Origin: Yuukianura sp. NJ FZ-2021 | Lineage: Eukaryota | Assembly: GCA_046563655.1 (NCBI GenBank) | Contig: CM102289.1 | Span: 6,882,001 to 6,946,000 of the forward strand | Length of the DNA: 64,000 nucleotides | Direction: 5' to 3' | Shown: piece after piece, positions 11,494 through 24,952 of the stretch | Layout of the letters: the number at the start of each line of letters is the position of its first letter | How positions within the stretch are numbered: position 1 is the stretch's first letter | The notes under the pieces: generated by a model | Seen by the model: the letters and a program-made list of their open reading frames with translations, nothing else | What the model was told of the DNA's origin: nothing | Databases searched by the model: none | Program-made: the position numbers and the translations under genes

Positions 11494-14400
11494 ATGGCCA
11501 TGGCTTTGGCCCCGCCGGGACGTTACTGTTTCCATTCCATTTGCGGCACTCGGGTTGAACTGTCAAATGGAAATCGAAGAGCCGAACGCGTACTGGCCAA
11601 GTCGGACTTCAACAATGGACTCACCTTTAGTCACAAACCACTGGAAACAAATGCGATCTTTCAAGTTAAACTGGATAAGAAGGTTGAGCTAACGTTAATT
11701 TTTACTAATTATGATCCGATTTGGATCGTCATGTACTATAATTTGGCTTTGGATTGATTTAGTAAACTACAACCTCAGTGTGCGATTTTGATGGTTTTTA
11801 AGGTTGGACTATGGAGCGGTAGTATTGAACTGGGTGTTACAACGATGAATCCTGATGCGATGACCAGGGAACAACTGCCGCAAAATGCAATCGAGTTACG
11901 AGGTGAAACCTGGGTAATTAACAAAACCATTGAAACTAAACTTCTGAATGTGAATTGTTCAATTAACATGAACTTTTGTTTCTGCAGTTAATGTCCAGCC
12001 GAACCATAATCAAGGATGGAGAATCACTGGTTGAAAATTACGGATTCGATTTGGAAAGCTTAGCTGAAGGAGACACTGTCGGTCTAATGCGTACAGCACA
12101 AGGCGGTCTCGTTTTCTTTGTCAACGGTACGTCGCAAGGCGTTGCTGCCGAATTCATTCCCACTGATGTGTACGTCATATGCAACCTCTACGGAAAATGT
12201 GCTCAAGTATCTCTGGTTGACGTTGAACTGTCTGAACAGCGTACAAACACAATCGAGTATGTTGTTCATGAAGAAGTGAGTCCAGTGTTAGTGGAACCTT
12301 GCGGAGACAACAACAACGAATCTGACAAGTTAAGATTTCACGACAAATGTGGACCTCTAGTGAAACTTTCCAGCAACAACAAAGTTGCAGAACGTCGAAG
12401 ACCTATGGAGGAATTCAACAACGCTGTAGTACTTACCCATCGACCTTTGCGTGAAAACGAACTTTTCCAGATTCGTATCGATGTGCTAATTAGGAAATGG
12501 TCCGGAAGCATTGAGTTTGGTCTGATTACTCAGAATCCAGAAATGTTCGAGTTTCCAGCTACAATGACAGTAATGCGAAGTGGGACGGTTGTTATGTCTG
12601 GAAATGGAATTCTTCACGATGGAAAGGCAGCGAATTCACCTTACACACATTTCAATTTGGATCAGCTGGACGAGGGAGACAGAATTGGAATACTGAAAAA
12701 ACCGGATGGAGAAATTCATTACTTCGTCAATGGAGCCGATCAAGGCATTGCTACAACAGGACTCACGCGACCCGTCTGGGGTGCAATCAACCTGTACGGA
12801 ATGGCAGCTAAAGTTACCATTGTAGAGCGAAACGAAAGGGAAGAACACAATCTTCGTGTCAATGTTCGAAGCTACGACTTCGGCAGTATCTCGGACTCAG
12901 ATGACGTTCTTCTGTTTCATCAGAATTGCGGATTCCATGCAGCTGTAATTAACAACGGGAGAACAGCACATCGTCCGAATGCAAGCGAAGACTTTAACCA
13001 TGGTGTTGTTTTGACCAATCGAAGACTGAGGGCTAATGAATTGTTTGAAGTTGTGCTGGACAGAGTTATTCCAAAATGGGCAGGTAAATTGACATGAACT
13101 GTTGATCAGCTGAGTTGAAAATTGTTATGCAATTTCATGTGAATTTAGGTTCAATTGAAATTGGTGTGACAACTCACATGCCAACACAGTTGGACTACCC
13201 TTGTACAATGACTAATCTCCGCAGTGGTACTTGGATGATGACTGGAAACGGTAAGTTGTTGGTCCATTCTCTATTAACGTAAACAAAACAGTTGCAAACT
13301 ATTTAACTTTTCATCTTTGAACTTAGGAATCATGCACAATGGAACTTCAGTTGTAGACGATTATGGAGAATCTCTTGATCGTCTCAAAGTCGGCGATCGT
13401 GTTGGAGTGATGAGGAAGGAATCTGGCAGTCTACACTTCTTTGTCAACGGTGAAGATCAAGGACCAGCAAGTACTGGAGTTCCTCCTAACATTTACGGAG
13501 TCATTGATGTAAGCTAAACTTCCTATCATCCCGTCTTCAATATAACTTCATGCATCATGTGTATAAAAGTTTATTATGCTTCTTATCTAGCTCTACGGAC
13601 AAGCAGCTCAAGCAACAATAGTTTTCCCTACAGCGTTGAATGAAACCGGATATTACGAAGCTGGTGTTTCAGTTCCACCGGAGAATAAAGCTACCGTGGT
13701 CGTTACCGAGTGTGGACCTCAAGGATCCGATGGAAGCGGGACTTTCCTTCCACTAGCAATGGCCGAATCATACTTTTACGACGGTGACGGCAGTGACATT
13801 CGGTTTCATTCTCTGTGTGGTAAGAATGCACGAGTGAGCAACAATGGATTAACTGGATCAAGGCCAAATGCTTTGGGAGAATTCAATGCTGCAATTGTAC
13901 TTAGCAATCGACCGCTTAGAGATAATGAACTATTCGAAGTTGTCATTGAGAGAATGGTGGATCGATGGTCTGGGAAGTAAGAATTCAATAATTACAAACG
14001 ATACCAGACGTTCCGTTTTTAATTTTATCTAAGAATGATTTGTGTTGCAGTATTGAAGCGGGATTGACAGCAATTCGTCCAGAGGATTTGGTTTTTCCAA
14101 ATACCATGACTGACATGGAGCATGACACTTACATGCTCAGCGGAGCTTCCATTCATATCGTGAGTTGCTAGTTACGGTATTATGACATGAAGCACTAATT
14201 ATTCAATACTAAGCCAAAATTACCTGTTTGATAAGGGAGGAGAAACGGTGACGAATCGTTACAACTGTAACCTGGACACACTGACTTGTGGCTCAAGAGT
14301 TGGCATGATGCGCAAATCAGATGGCAGTTTACATTACTTTGTCAATGGAGAAGATCAAGGCGTGGCAGCACTTGACGTTCCTTCAAGTAAGACCAACCAC

Positions 14401-17001
14401 ACTGATAACACAATTTAAATGGAAAAGGTAATGTGTATTGATGGCTCTACAGATATGTACGCTGTTGTCGACCTCTACGGACAGTGCGCTCAAGTTACCA
14501 TTACGAGATTTGGAGAAATGTCTATGATTTCATCGCAGTTGATTGAATCCTTGTCCATGCCAATTTCTCCTCACTTATCACACAAGTAATAAGGTTAAGA
14601 TTAACCATTAAGTGGCTGTGATGTGATATTCGAGCTTCTTTCTTTGCAGGTTTTCAAATACTACGGGTAAAAACATTCTGTTAAAAAACAACAACTTCGT
14701 GGCTACCAGAATTCGTCACTACACTCACGGACTTGTGTTCAGTTCAATGCCGCTGGAACTGGATGAGACATTTGAGGTATAAAACAAGTCAGCTTCTACT
14801 CGACGAGATGAATTGTGATTTCTATTTTCAGGTGAGAATAGAGGAATTGCGACCGAAATGGGCTGGCTCCATCATGATAGGCGTAACAACCATGGCAGTA
14901 GGAACTGACGACACGACAGTCAGTGTCGCAGTACCTCACACAATGAGTGCCATTTCGGATGAAGTTTGGTTTTTTGCTGGAAGTGGTGTGTGGACAAACA
15001 AAGCTATTCTGAAGGAAAATTATTCCATTCATCTTAGCCGGCTAAGCACTGGAGATCGTTTAGGAGTTCGCGTAACGTCGGATAGAAGTCTTAAACTTTA
15101 CATCAATGGAGAAGACATGGGAACAGCAGTTCAAAATTTACCGATCACAAAAGTAACATCGTGACAGAACTCCTATAATCGATGATGGATTTAATATTGG
15201 TTGTGTGTTTGTGTTTGCAGAAATTGTGGGCAGTCGTGGACTTATTCGGAAGTGTGGAAACCATATCTGTGAGTAGCAGAAAAAAGACTGTGGAAGCAAA
15301 TCTGGGGAAATGCAGGGAAGAAGCGATGCCCGAGGCGGATATGGAGAAGAATGGAATTTCACCAGAAATTGCGTTTGATGAAAGGCATGGCAAAGCGATT
15401 GAGTTGACTGAACGTAACAAAAGAGCAAGGAGGACAGTAGGATACAACAATGGAATTGTACTTTCCAGCCAGACGCTGATGCCTGAACACCTATTTCAGG
15501 TATGATTAACTCTATATTTAAGTTTAACGTAACTACTGAAAATTAAAATTCGTAATTATCGAACTTGATTGATTACAATTGATGTAGGTGAAATTGGGGC
15601 CCTTGAATCCAAAATGGTCGTTTTCGCTATCCATTGGAGTTGTTCAGATACCGAATATGGAGCAATTTACAGTGCCGGCGTCAGCGGTGGAGCTAAGAAA
15701 GTCGTCATGGGTGATTTACGGAGATTCAGTTTTGGAGAATGGAATTAAAGTAAGAGTTATTTGACGTAAATTCAAACTATTGATATTGAAGTTTATCGGA
15801 ATTGAAACATTTACGCTTTTTTTTATACAGAGAAAGTCAAAATATGGTCCGAACTTGAGTTGCTTATCGGAAGGTTACTTGGTGGGCGTTTTAGTTGACA
15901 AAGACTCAAATCTTCATCTGTACATCAATGGCGTTGACCAAGGAATCGCCTCTAGCAATGTCCCATTTGATGTTAGGGCATTAGTAGATGTCTATGGAGC
16001 TTGTGATGACGTATGTTTATGTTGGAAGATTTTACTATGCATTTTGAGTTTATGATTATTATTTTTAGTTATTACTGTAGGTTACCATCATCAGTACTCA
16101 AGAAGCCAGTAGCTACAGCCTCAAACGTTCTGTGGACCAGAACTTGCAGCGTTCATACGAAAAGAGACCAAGCTTCCTGGACATTAATCCGGTCATGATG
16201 AAGTGTGACTACTTTAATGCTTGTGTCCGGTTCAAGAATACTTTATGTCTGCCTGGTAAGCTGTTAGGGTCAAAAGAATTCGACTTTAAGGGACTTGATT
16301 TTTCTTGATTTACAGAACCATACTTTGTGGCAACCGAGAGTACGACGTGTTATTGCATGAATTGTCACAAAATGAGAGCCGAATCAACAATTCAACGACA
16401 CGGTGATCCGCCGTCAGCTTATGCCCTTCCTCTGGGTTGGGTCCGCTTTCCAGTTAATTTCACACATGAAGCCTTTTCGTCTGGAAATGCTATGATGAGC
16501 AGCTCAACATCAAGTTTAAACAACGTTCTCACCACATGGCACGTAGCGTATCATGGACTAAAAATTCCAGAAATTCGACGCTCAATGGATGCTGGAGTAC
16601 TTTTAGGCGAGTCTGAGTTTGGAGAATTCGGATACGAATCGTATCCAGCACGAAGAACTAAAGAAAAAGGCGAAAAGGGAGACGGACCACTGCTTGTGTT
16701 TTCTCCAAGCGTTGAGTATGCCTCTATTCCAGAATTTTCGAAGCGATACGACTACACGGACCGGGTATCCAAGAAGAAACTTTCAGCCCGCGTCTGCTTC
16801 CAAGTACTTGTTCAACCCGGGTCATACATGTTTGGCCCTCCTTCGTATCCAAATCCTATTACCACGGCTGGATTTTGTTCAGAGGGTGGACAGACGTCGT
16901 CACCAGTTCCAGCACTTGACCTAGAGTCACTGGAATGGGAAACGAAAGAGCAGGGAGCAACGCATGTGTCGGCACTGCTTGTTTGCCTCGATTCGTTTTA
17001 A
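11494..17001 (+). CDS. NEURL4: Neuralized-like protein 4 (multiple NHR repeats plus C-terminal ADP-ribosyltransferase-like domain)
   Basis: About six NHR repeats (FH..CG..V.LS..N..A.R....EFN..VV.S.RPL..NELF...WSGSIE.G...GDRVG....G.LHFFVNG.DQG). C-terminus CYCMNCH...RHGDPP..YALPLGW..WHVAYHG..FSPSVEY..LEWETKE. Confidence 0.95.
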
Positions 17002-17220
17002 GCCGAGTGACAATGCACAAACGTTTTTTTAGCTCTTTTACTTTTTTTTAGTTTACTGCAGTAAGTGCATTCCAAATATTTCCGGAAATACTCAGTCACT
17101 GACTAGTCTAAATTTTCTTAGCCAAAATGGAAAAGCTATTTTTATTTTAACCTCTTTCAAAATACTTCGATGTTTTAGTAATAAAGTTTTAAAAGCTGTT
17201 TGAATTTAAAAAAAAAACAG

Positions 17221-17333
17221 AAGTAAACTTTAAAATGTCAAGTGAAGTCATGTCAGTTCAGTACTTTCCTCGTTTGTAATTTACGAAGGACGAAAGTACT
17301 GAGCTGACACGACTTGACATTTTAAGTTTACTT
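17221..17333. repeat. Imperfect palindrome (foldback), MITE-like
   Basis: The left arm AAGTAAACTTTAAAATGTCAAGT..GTCATGTCAGTTCAGTACTTTC pairs with the right arm GAAAGTACTGAGCTGACACGACTTGACATTTTAAGTTTACTT. Confidence 0.75.
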
Positions 17334-17362
17334 GTGAATTACGTAAATTACTTGTGATTCAT

Positions 17363-17546
17363 AGGTAGATAATTCACGTAAATCATCATAAAGTTATGAT
17401 TTATGGATTACTTCACTGAATCGTAAAATTCATAACTTTGTGATGACTGCGCCATCTAGACGTGATTTCTTGTCATCATGACTGTATTTGCCTGGTCCAG
17501 TGTTCTGTGCCCTGTGCCACTGTATCTTTACGTGACGTATCTACCT
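17363..17546. repeat. Inverted-repeat-bounded segment with an internal hairpin (possible MITE)
   Basis: AGGTAGATAATTCACGTAAA (17363) matches the reverse complement of TTTACGTGACGTATCTACCT (17527-17546) at 18/20. An internal inverted pair CATCATAAAGTTATGA / TCATAACTTTGTGATG is also present. Confidence 0.55.
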
Positions 17547-18341
17547 GAAAAAAAAAACATTAATTTTCAGGATTAATTGGTTCAAATATTATTGATTGCT
17601 TGTAGCTCACAGTATGCGAAATTATTTTCTATGGTTAAATCATAATTTCAATAAATTTTAATTTTTGTATGAAAATAGTAATTTCAATAACTTCTGTAAC
17701 TTATTACAGTAAACAACAAGTAACGAAATTTTGCAAGGCGCCGCGCATAACGTTTTGTGTTTTTCGTAGGAAATAGAACACAAAACACAAAATTATTTTT
17801 AGAAAACCGAGAAGAAAAAAATTGGATGGTGGAAAAGCTTTTCAGTATCATCCTTTGCTAAAACGAGCGAAGAAAGCCGGAAAACAATCAACTAATCAAG
17901 GTTTGCAAAAGCTTTGTTAAATTCTCAAATTAATTAAGGTCGTTGATCGGCAGTAAACCTTGTAAAGTAAATATTGACATCGACACAGGTCACAGTGGTT
18001 CCCAGTTTGGAAGACGATTGATTGACGATTCCCGATTTCATTCATAATATCCTAAGTCAGCTACTGGTAAGACCATGGGAATTGGAATCAAAGATCCGAA
18101 ACATAATTCTTTGAATTGATTGATTAGGTGTCTATTAATTTGGTAGTCGCTAATTATAGGAAATGTGTTCCAAATGAATGTAGGCAAAGGTAATAACTGC
18201 TCACTGACATTGTATATTTGGAATTTTAGATCGCAGGATCCTTCTCATTTGCGCAGAAGTGGATAGTGACATTAGGCTCTACCGGATTCTAACCAGATTT
18301 TAATTGGCAAACGGACAAAGGTTAAGGGCACCCCTCTAGCA

Positions 18342-21300
18342 ATGGATCCTGGAATATTTCGAGAAAATGGGAAGCTGAAATGGAAGAGAATCAATGACAC
18401 ATTGGGCGTTCAGCCCCGCCCAAGACATGGACACAGAGCAGTGGCCGTGAAGGAGTTGATGGTGATTTTTGGTGGAGGAAACGAAGGAATTGTGGACGAG
18501 CTTCATGTTTATAATACTCGTGAGTGTTACGGAACATTAGTTGTAGTTAGTGTTGAGATGTATGAATTATCGGAAATGTTTGAAAATTCCAGTGACCAAC
18601 CAATGGTTTCAACCGACCGTCAAGGGAGATGTTCCACCTGGATGTGCTGCTTACGGATTTGCTGTTGATGGAACTCGGTGTCTTGTGTTTGGAGGAATGG
18701 TGGAATTTGGAAGATACTCAAATGACTTATATGAACTACAAGTACGTTTTTTTTCAGTCTTTTAGTATATCTTGCTTTTGGTTTTCACTGATGCTGATTT
18801 TTGTAATTGATTTGATTCTTACTCATTTAGGTGGGGAAGTGGGAATGGAGACGATTGAAGCCTAAACCTCCTCGACAAGGAGATCCTCCGTGTCCAAGGC
18901 TAGGACATAGCTTTACCTTGATCAAGAATCATGTCTACCTATTCGGCGGATTGGCCAATGTAAGACTTCATTTTTTTTTGGCCGTCTTTCGCTTGAAGTC
19001 TTATTAGTTGTTCTTATTTTACGATTTTAGGACAGCGATGACATCAAGTGTAATATTCCAAGATACCTCAACGATTTATACACTTTGGAACTTAAACCGA
19101 ACGGATCAGTGGTTTGGGATATTCCTATAACCTTTGGCCAAGCCCCTTCCCCGCGGGAATCTCACTCTGCTACTGCCTACACCGATAAGGAAACTGGAAA
19201 GTCCCGGCTGATTATTTACGGGGGAATGAGCGGATGCCGGTTAGGAGATCTGTGGATGCTTGAACTTGGTAAAACTCGCGAATTATTTTTTCTCGTTATG
19301 AAGGGTCAATAAACATCGGCATCCTGAATGATGTTTTTTGTTTTTAGATACGATGACCTGGACTAGGCCTTGTGTCAACGGACCATCACCGTTACCACGC
19401 TCTCTTCATTCGGCTACTTTAGTTGGGAACAAGATTTACATGTTTGGAGGATGGGTTCCACTTGTTGTGGATGACTTGAAGAGTACCAATCATGAGAAGG
19501 AATGGAAGTGTACCAATTCTGTGGCTTGTCTCAACATTGAAAACATGACTTGGGAGAATTTGCAAACGGAGGAAGAGTCACAGTCACAGTCGTTGGCAAT
19601 TGACGAAACGATTCCCAGGGCAAGAGCGGGACATTGTGCCATCGCCATACACTCAAGACTTTACATTTGGTCAGGTCGAGATGGATACAGAAAAGCTTGG
19701 AATAATCAGGTAAAATCAAGTGGAAATGCGAAAATAATACTGCTGTTTGTTTCATATTGTGACATTGCTTCATATTACTAATCAGCGATTTTCTTTTGCT
19801 AAAATATGATAGGTGTGCTGTAAGGATTTATGGCAGTTGGACGTTGAGAAACCAATGGAAAGCACTCGCGTCCAATTGGTCAAGGCTTCTACCGGCTCGT
19901 TGGAAATTGCTTGGGCTGCTGTGCCTTCAGCAGACTCTTATGTTATCCAAGTAAAGAAAATGGAGGGACCAGTCAAGGATACGGTGACACCACTCGCTAA
20001 ACCTACTCCTGCTGCTCTCCAACCTGGTATGCCTCTGGCAGTACCGGGAGCTCTTCCTGGAAGCAGCCCAATCCTGCTTCACAATGCCACTGGACTTACA
20101 CCTCCTCGAGGTTAGTAATTAACTATCAGAAACCAATCAACTTTATCTTACTCCATTTTGAATCTCGTTAACTTTAGCCACGATTAATATGCCGGCTAAC
20201 GCGAGTCCTGCAAACTTGCCAACAGCGTCCAGTTTTGTTCAACAAGCGCAAGTACACATGACGCCTGCTGCCAGTCGTCCAGTTTCTGCTGGATTTTCAG
20301 TCCGACCAACAACACCAAGAGCTGCCGGACGAGGTACTTTTCACGATCTAAATAATTAATTAGTAAAAATAATAATGCTTCATTTCTTATGCAGGGATTG
20401 TCCGATACCGAACTCCAATTCAAGTTGGAGCGGGTGGAGCTCGAGCTACGACGCCAACTTTACTCAAATCTCCCTCCGCCGGCCAAGCCAAAACGACTAT
20501 TACAGTTCAACAGCAACTCCAACAACAACAGCAATTGCAGCAGCAACAACAATTACAACAACAACAACTTCAGCAGCAGCAGCCACAACCAGCATCTACT
20601 GTTAGTGCTGCAACTCCAGCCACTGGATTAGGAGCTATGCACGTAAGATTTGTTTAAATCCAAACAAGACTTACTGAGGGAATTAAGTCCGTGTAACCTA
20701 TTTTTTTATGCCTAGTTGCTTGCCAATACGGCTGCATCTGCTTCACATATCCCACAGACACAAGCAGCCGCAACACCTCAAATTGTTCCCCAGCAACAGA
20801 TTCGATTAGTAACTTCTAATGTACAGCAAGTTCCAGTAGGAGGAGCTCCAGCAGTGGCCCCACCAGTGGGAGCGACTCTTGCAACTGTACGACCACCACC
20901 AACTGTTACTGTGGTGTCCAGTGCTGGTCCACCCACTCTCCGACCAACGACACTGACGCAACCAGCAACCGTTCGAACTGTTACACCAGTACAACGTCAC
21001 ATGATTATTCAGAGACCCGCTGGACAGGTTATTTCTGGACAGCAAGTTTTAGCTGGCCAGCAAGTACTGACAGGGCAACAAGTTCTCGTGAAGACAAGTC
21101 AAGGCATGACGCTTGCTACGGTTCGTTTACTTTTTATATGTTAAAAATTATTTTCGTATTGAGAAGCTGGAGTAGAATTTATGGTTTCATGATTCTGTTT
21201 TTGTATTTTTAGTTGCCGCCGCATATCCAAGGTGGAGTCGGTTTGCAAGGAAAGGCAGTAAGTACTTCTACAATTGCTCAGGGTGGACAACCGGTCACTG

Positions 21301-24300
21301 GAAATACAGTTTTAAAGTTACTTACTACCAGTGCTGCTGGAGGAGGAAAACCAGCTCAGATTGTAAGTACTAACGCTGCAGGACAGCCGATTATCCAACT
21401 CGCTTCAGGACAACGAGGTAAGTTTTTGTTCAAATGTCTAGTCTTTGCTTCATTTTTATAGTAGTTAGTACCTAAAACACTTTTTTGCTGGATTTATAGC
21501 AGTTGTTCCAGCAAACATGCTGACGATAAGTTCAGCCGGTGGTACCGTCATTGGACAGGCTCCAAGACCAACCTATGTTTTGACGAAGCCATCAGCCACG
21601 GTTGGCAGGCCTGCAATTTCAGTGGAGGGTACCGTACGTCCTCAACTCGTACCAGTATCCCAAGGTTTGTAGCCAGAAATCCTGTTAGAACAACATTTTA
21701 GCAGTAAAAATTCTCACTAAAGGTAATTCCAATCTAAATTTTAACTGAAAATTACTAGTTTCAGGTGTTGCCACGCCTACATCAGCAGTACGGATGGTAA
21801 TGGTTTCTTCGGCTGGACCTGGAACGAGAGCAGCTCTTCCTGGGACTGTAATAGGTCAACCTGGTAGTACAGTGGCTGTGAGACAAAGGGCCCCTGTTGC
21901 TGCGAATGCTACCGGTCAAATCTTCCGAACAAATACTGGACAATTGATTAGCTTTCCAAATGGAAGACTTCCACCGCCTCTTCCCGGAACAACAGTTAGT
22001 ATTTGCTAATAGTTTAGCGGCATTTTACGAAAGATAGGATTAATGTTTCTTTGCTTTTTCAGAATACTTTCACAATTGGAGGACAACCGGTTACTCTTAC
22101 TCCAGTGACAACCAAGCCCAAAACTACTGTCGTAGTTAATCCACCTGCTGGAGGAATTGTAAGCTGTTGGGCCGAATTAAAAGTTTTGAGGTAAAATGTT
22201 TGTGAAGTCTGACTTTGTTTCGTGTGTTTACAGCAAGTGCAGAGGACAGTTATTCCAGTGAGCTCTGTTGCTCCTACTGGAAGCAATATTGTCATGGTTG
22301 GAAATACTCGGGTAGGAACAACAGTAGTTGGAGCTCCGGCGGTCCAAACCGTTGCAGGAAACGTTGTTGCTGGAAGTCCCGGTGGTGTTGGGGGCTCTGT
22401 TCCAGTCAAAAAAGTTGTCATTGTTGGCAGAGACACGAGATTGCCACTCCAGACAGTGACGACTGTTCCAACTGTCGTCCAACTCCCGCGTAAGAATGTT
22501 AATTGCCGTAATCTTACAGGAATCGCTGAACCGTAAGTTATCTTTACATTTTTAGAACCAGTTATAACCAAAGTAGTTCAGCAACCACAACCAGCAGCAG
22601 AGGAAGAAAGTAACGTAAGTGAAATTGACCAACAAGAAGCAGACGCACTGGGAGTGAATCTCGGAAGTTTTGGAGATGCATTCACTGCTGAGGAACTCAT
22701 GTCTGGAGAAACCGGAGTTTTGTTGACAGAATCCGAAACTGGTAAGTACTAAATACTTATTTGTTGCACTTTTTTTTTGTTTATGGTGGGATAAAGTAAG
22801 TTTGTATATTTCAGATGCAACTAAACTCGGTTTGAAAGGCGGCGGTGTTTCATTGTCCGACCTGAAGTTCAGCTTCCGCAATCCGCCTGGAATGGGTCTT
22901 AAAGGTGGAGCTCCATATCCTATGGAGGAAGACATTCCAAAAGTTGATGACGGTAACGAACCAGTATTGGAGGGTGATGTACAACCGGAAGCAGTAAACA
23001 CGCAACAGTCAGAAGAAAATCCAGAAGTCGACTTCTCTCAAATGGATACTCAAGTTTTGGACATTGGGTTGGCATTTCCAGATCCGCCTGTTGTAACCAA
23101 TGCACCAGAAGGAGAAACAACATCGGCCGAAGCCATCTCAGCTCAGGCTCTTTTGGATTTTGATCTGTCTCTTCCAGAAGAAAGTGAACAACAGCCTATT
23201 GAAAATCCAGCGGAGCCGGAAGATGCTGCTGCTGTTGGTGATGCAACTGACGGATCAACCTTGCAGAACACTCCTACTGATCCATCTATGCCGTCGTTGG
23301 ATTTCTTCGCAGAGGGAAGCCAATTGGAAGATGTGAAACCGTCACCAGTCGTTCCAGATTCTGTGCCCGTCACGGTTGCCGTCACTAATTCTACGAACTT
23401 GGACTTGATCATGCCAACACCAGAGGCTGCTGTTGTTAGTACTGCTGCATTACCAGTCGCTGCAGTTATTCCACCCAAAATTGTTACCGCCACTCCAAAC
23501 AATACAACTGTTGTCTCTCAAATTCCACAAACTCCACTTGCTCCTGTTGTCGTATCTCCGCCAAAGACGGATGATCAGTGGTATGATGTAGCTCATACCA
23601 AAGAGAAGAGTTTGGTCATACGTTCGTACTATGACACAACGGATACGGTATCTTATTACCCACCAGGCGATATTGCGTCCATGCAAATTTTCAAGCAAAT
23701 TGATCTGGTTCCAGGATGTTCTTACAAGTTCCGTCTCGCAGCGTAAGTTAATAAGCTTAATTTGGGTCATTATTTGCAAAAAAGAAAAAACAAATTAAAT
23801 GTCGCAACTTTTTGTTTTTACCATTTACAGAGTGAACGAGTGTGGACGTGGCCCTTGGTGTGAATCTGTGGCGTTCAAGACATGTTTGCCAGGTAAGTCG
23901 TTTGTACTTGAATGCAGAAGGAAAATATTTTGTAGGGAAATTCATACTTTCGTTTGATATAAAGGCTATCCTGGAGCTCCTTGTTCGATTAAGATCTCTA
24001 AAGCGTCAGATGGAGCCCTGATCTCTTGGGAACCACCAATCAATTCATCGCATGATATCAGTGAATACTCGGTGTACCTTGCAGTCAAACCAAATTCTCC
24101 TCAGGCCATTGTAAGTTACCCTAGGATAAGTTAATTTCAAGCTATAACTTTAAGCGAGTTATACTTAATTGTTCGTCGGGTGTTGTCTCACAGATGGACG
24201 CTGGCAAGGGTCTTCAAATCGGGCCGAATTTGTCTTTCCACCGTGTCTACTGTGGTCCTTCCAACCAGTGCATCGTACCTAATGCCTCACTGCAAAGTGC

Positions 24301-24612
24301 TCAAATCGACAACATCAGTAAACCAGCCATTATTTTCCGTATTGCAGCCAAGAATGACAAGGGTTATGGACCTGCCACTCAAATTAGGTGGCTACAAGGT
24401 TAGACATTTGATATCTTTTGATTTACTGACCTCTAGTTTGTGTAACTTGTTGTATCAATTTTTTTACTGCCATTTTGACATATCATGTTCCTTGATTTGC
24501 AGACACCTCAGCCCCAGCATTTGCTGCTGGAAGACAAGTACTGAAATTGCCAGCGGAAGCTCCAATTGCGCAAGTAGGCGGAAAGAAGGCAAGATTTGAC
24601 AACGGAGTGTGA
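18342..24612 (+). CDS. Hcf: Host cell factor (kelch domain, FN3, low-complexity basic and acidic regions, C-terminal FN3 repeats, NLS)
   Basis: [93 protein letters not shown]-terminal [45 protein letters not shown] at 24610-24612. Confidence 0.97.
20507..20590 (+). repeat. CAA/CAG polyglutamine-encoding tract within HCF
   Basis: CAACAGCAACTCCAACAACAACAGCAATTGCAGCAGCAACAACAATTACAACAACAACAACTTCAGCAGCAGCAG, read as Q-rich in the HCF frame. Confidence 0.7.
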
Positions 24613-24952
24613 GAGATATAATTTCCAGACTATTCTTTTTATTTTCCCGAATTCTTTGCTTCGTTTTTACTTTTCCTTGAACTAGAATTTATGCTAACAG
24701 ACTTTACTGCTTATGCTAATACTAAAATGTATGATTAATATTGAATGGATTGATTCTTATGGGTTCAGAATTTTATTGCTTCTGTGCAAGTGATGCATAA
24801 TTTTCAGAGTGAGTTCAATTTACAGATTACAAATTAGCCTTAAGTTGTTCAGAGTTATTAAAGGCTTCAATAATTATTGTTAACATATCGCTGGCAAAAA
24901 ACGGGGTTATTTGTAATTCTTGGCCTAAAGTTGGTTATGAAGATTTTGGAAA

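Noticed and set aside
20375..20631. Thr/Ala-rich and Asn-rich ORFs
   Set aside because: These are wrong-frame readings of the HCF polyQ exon.
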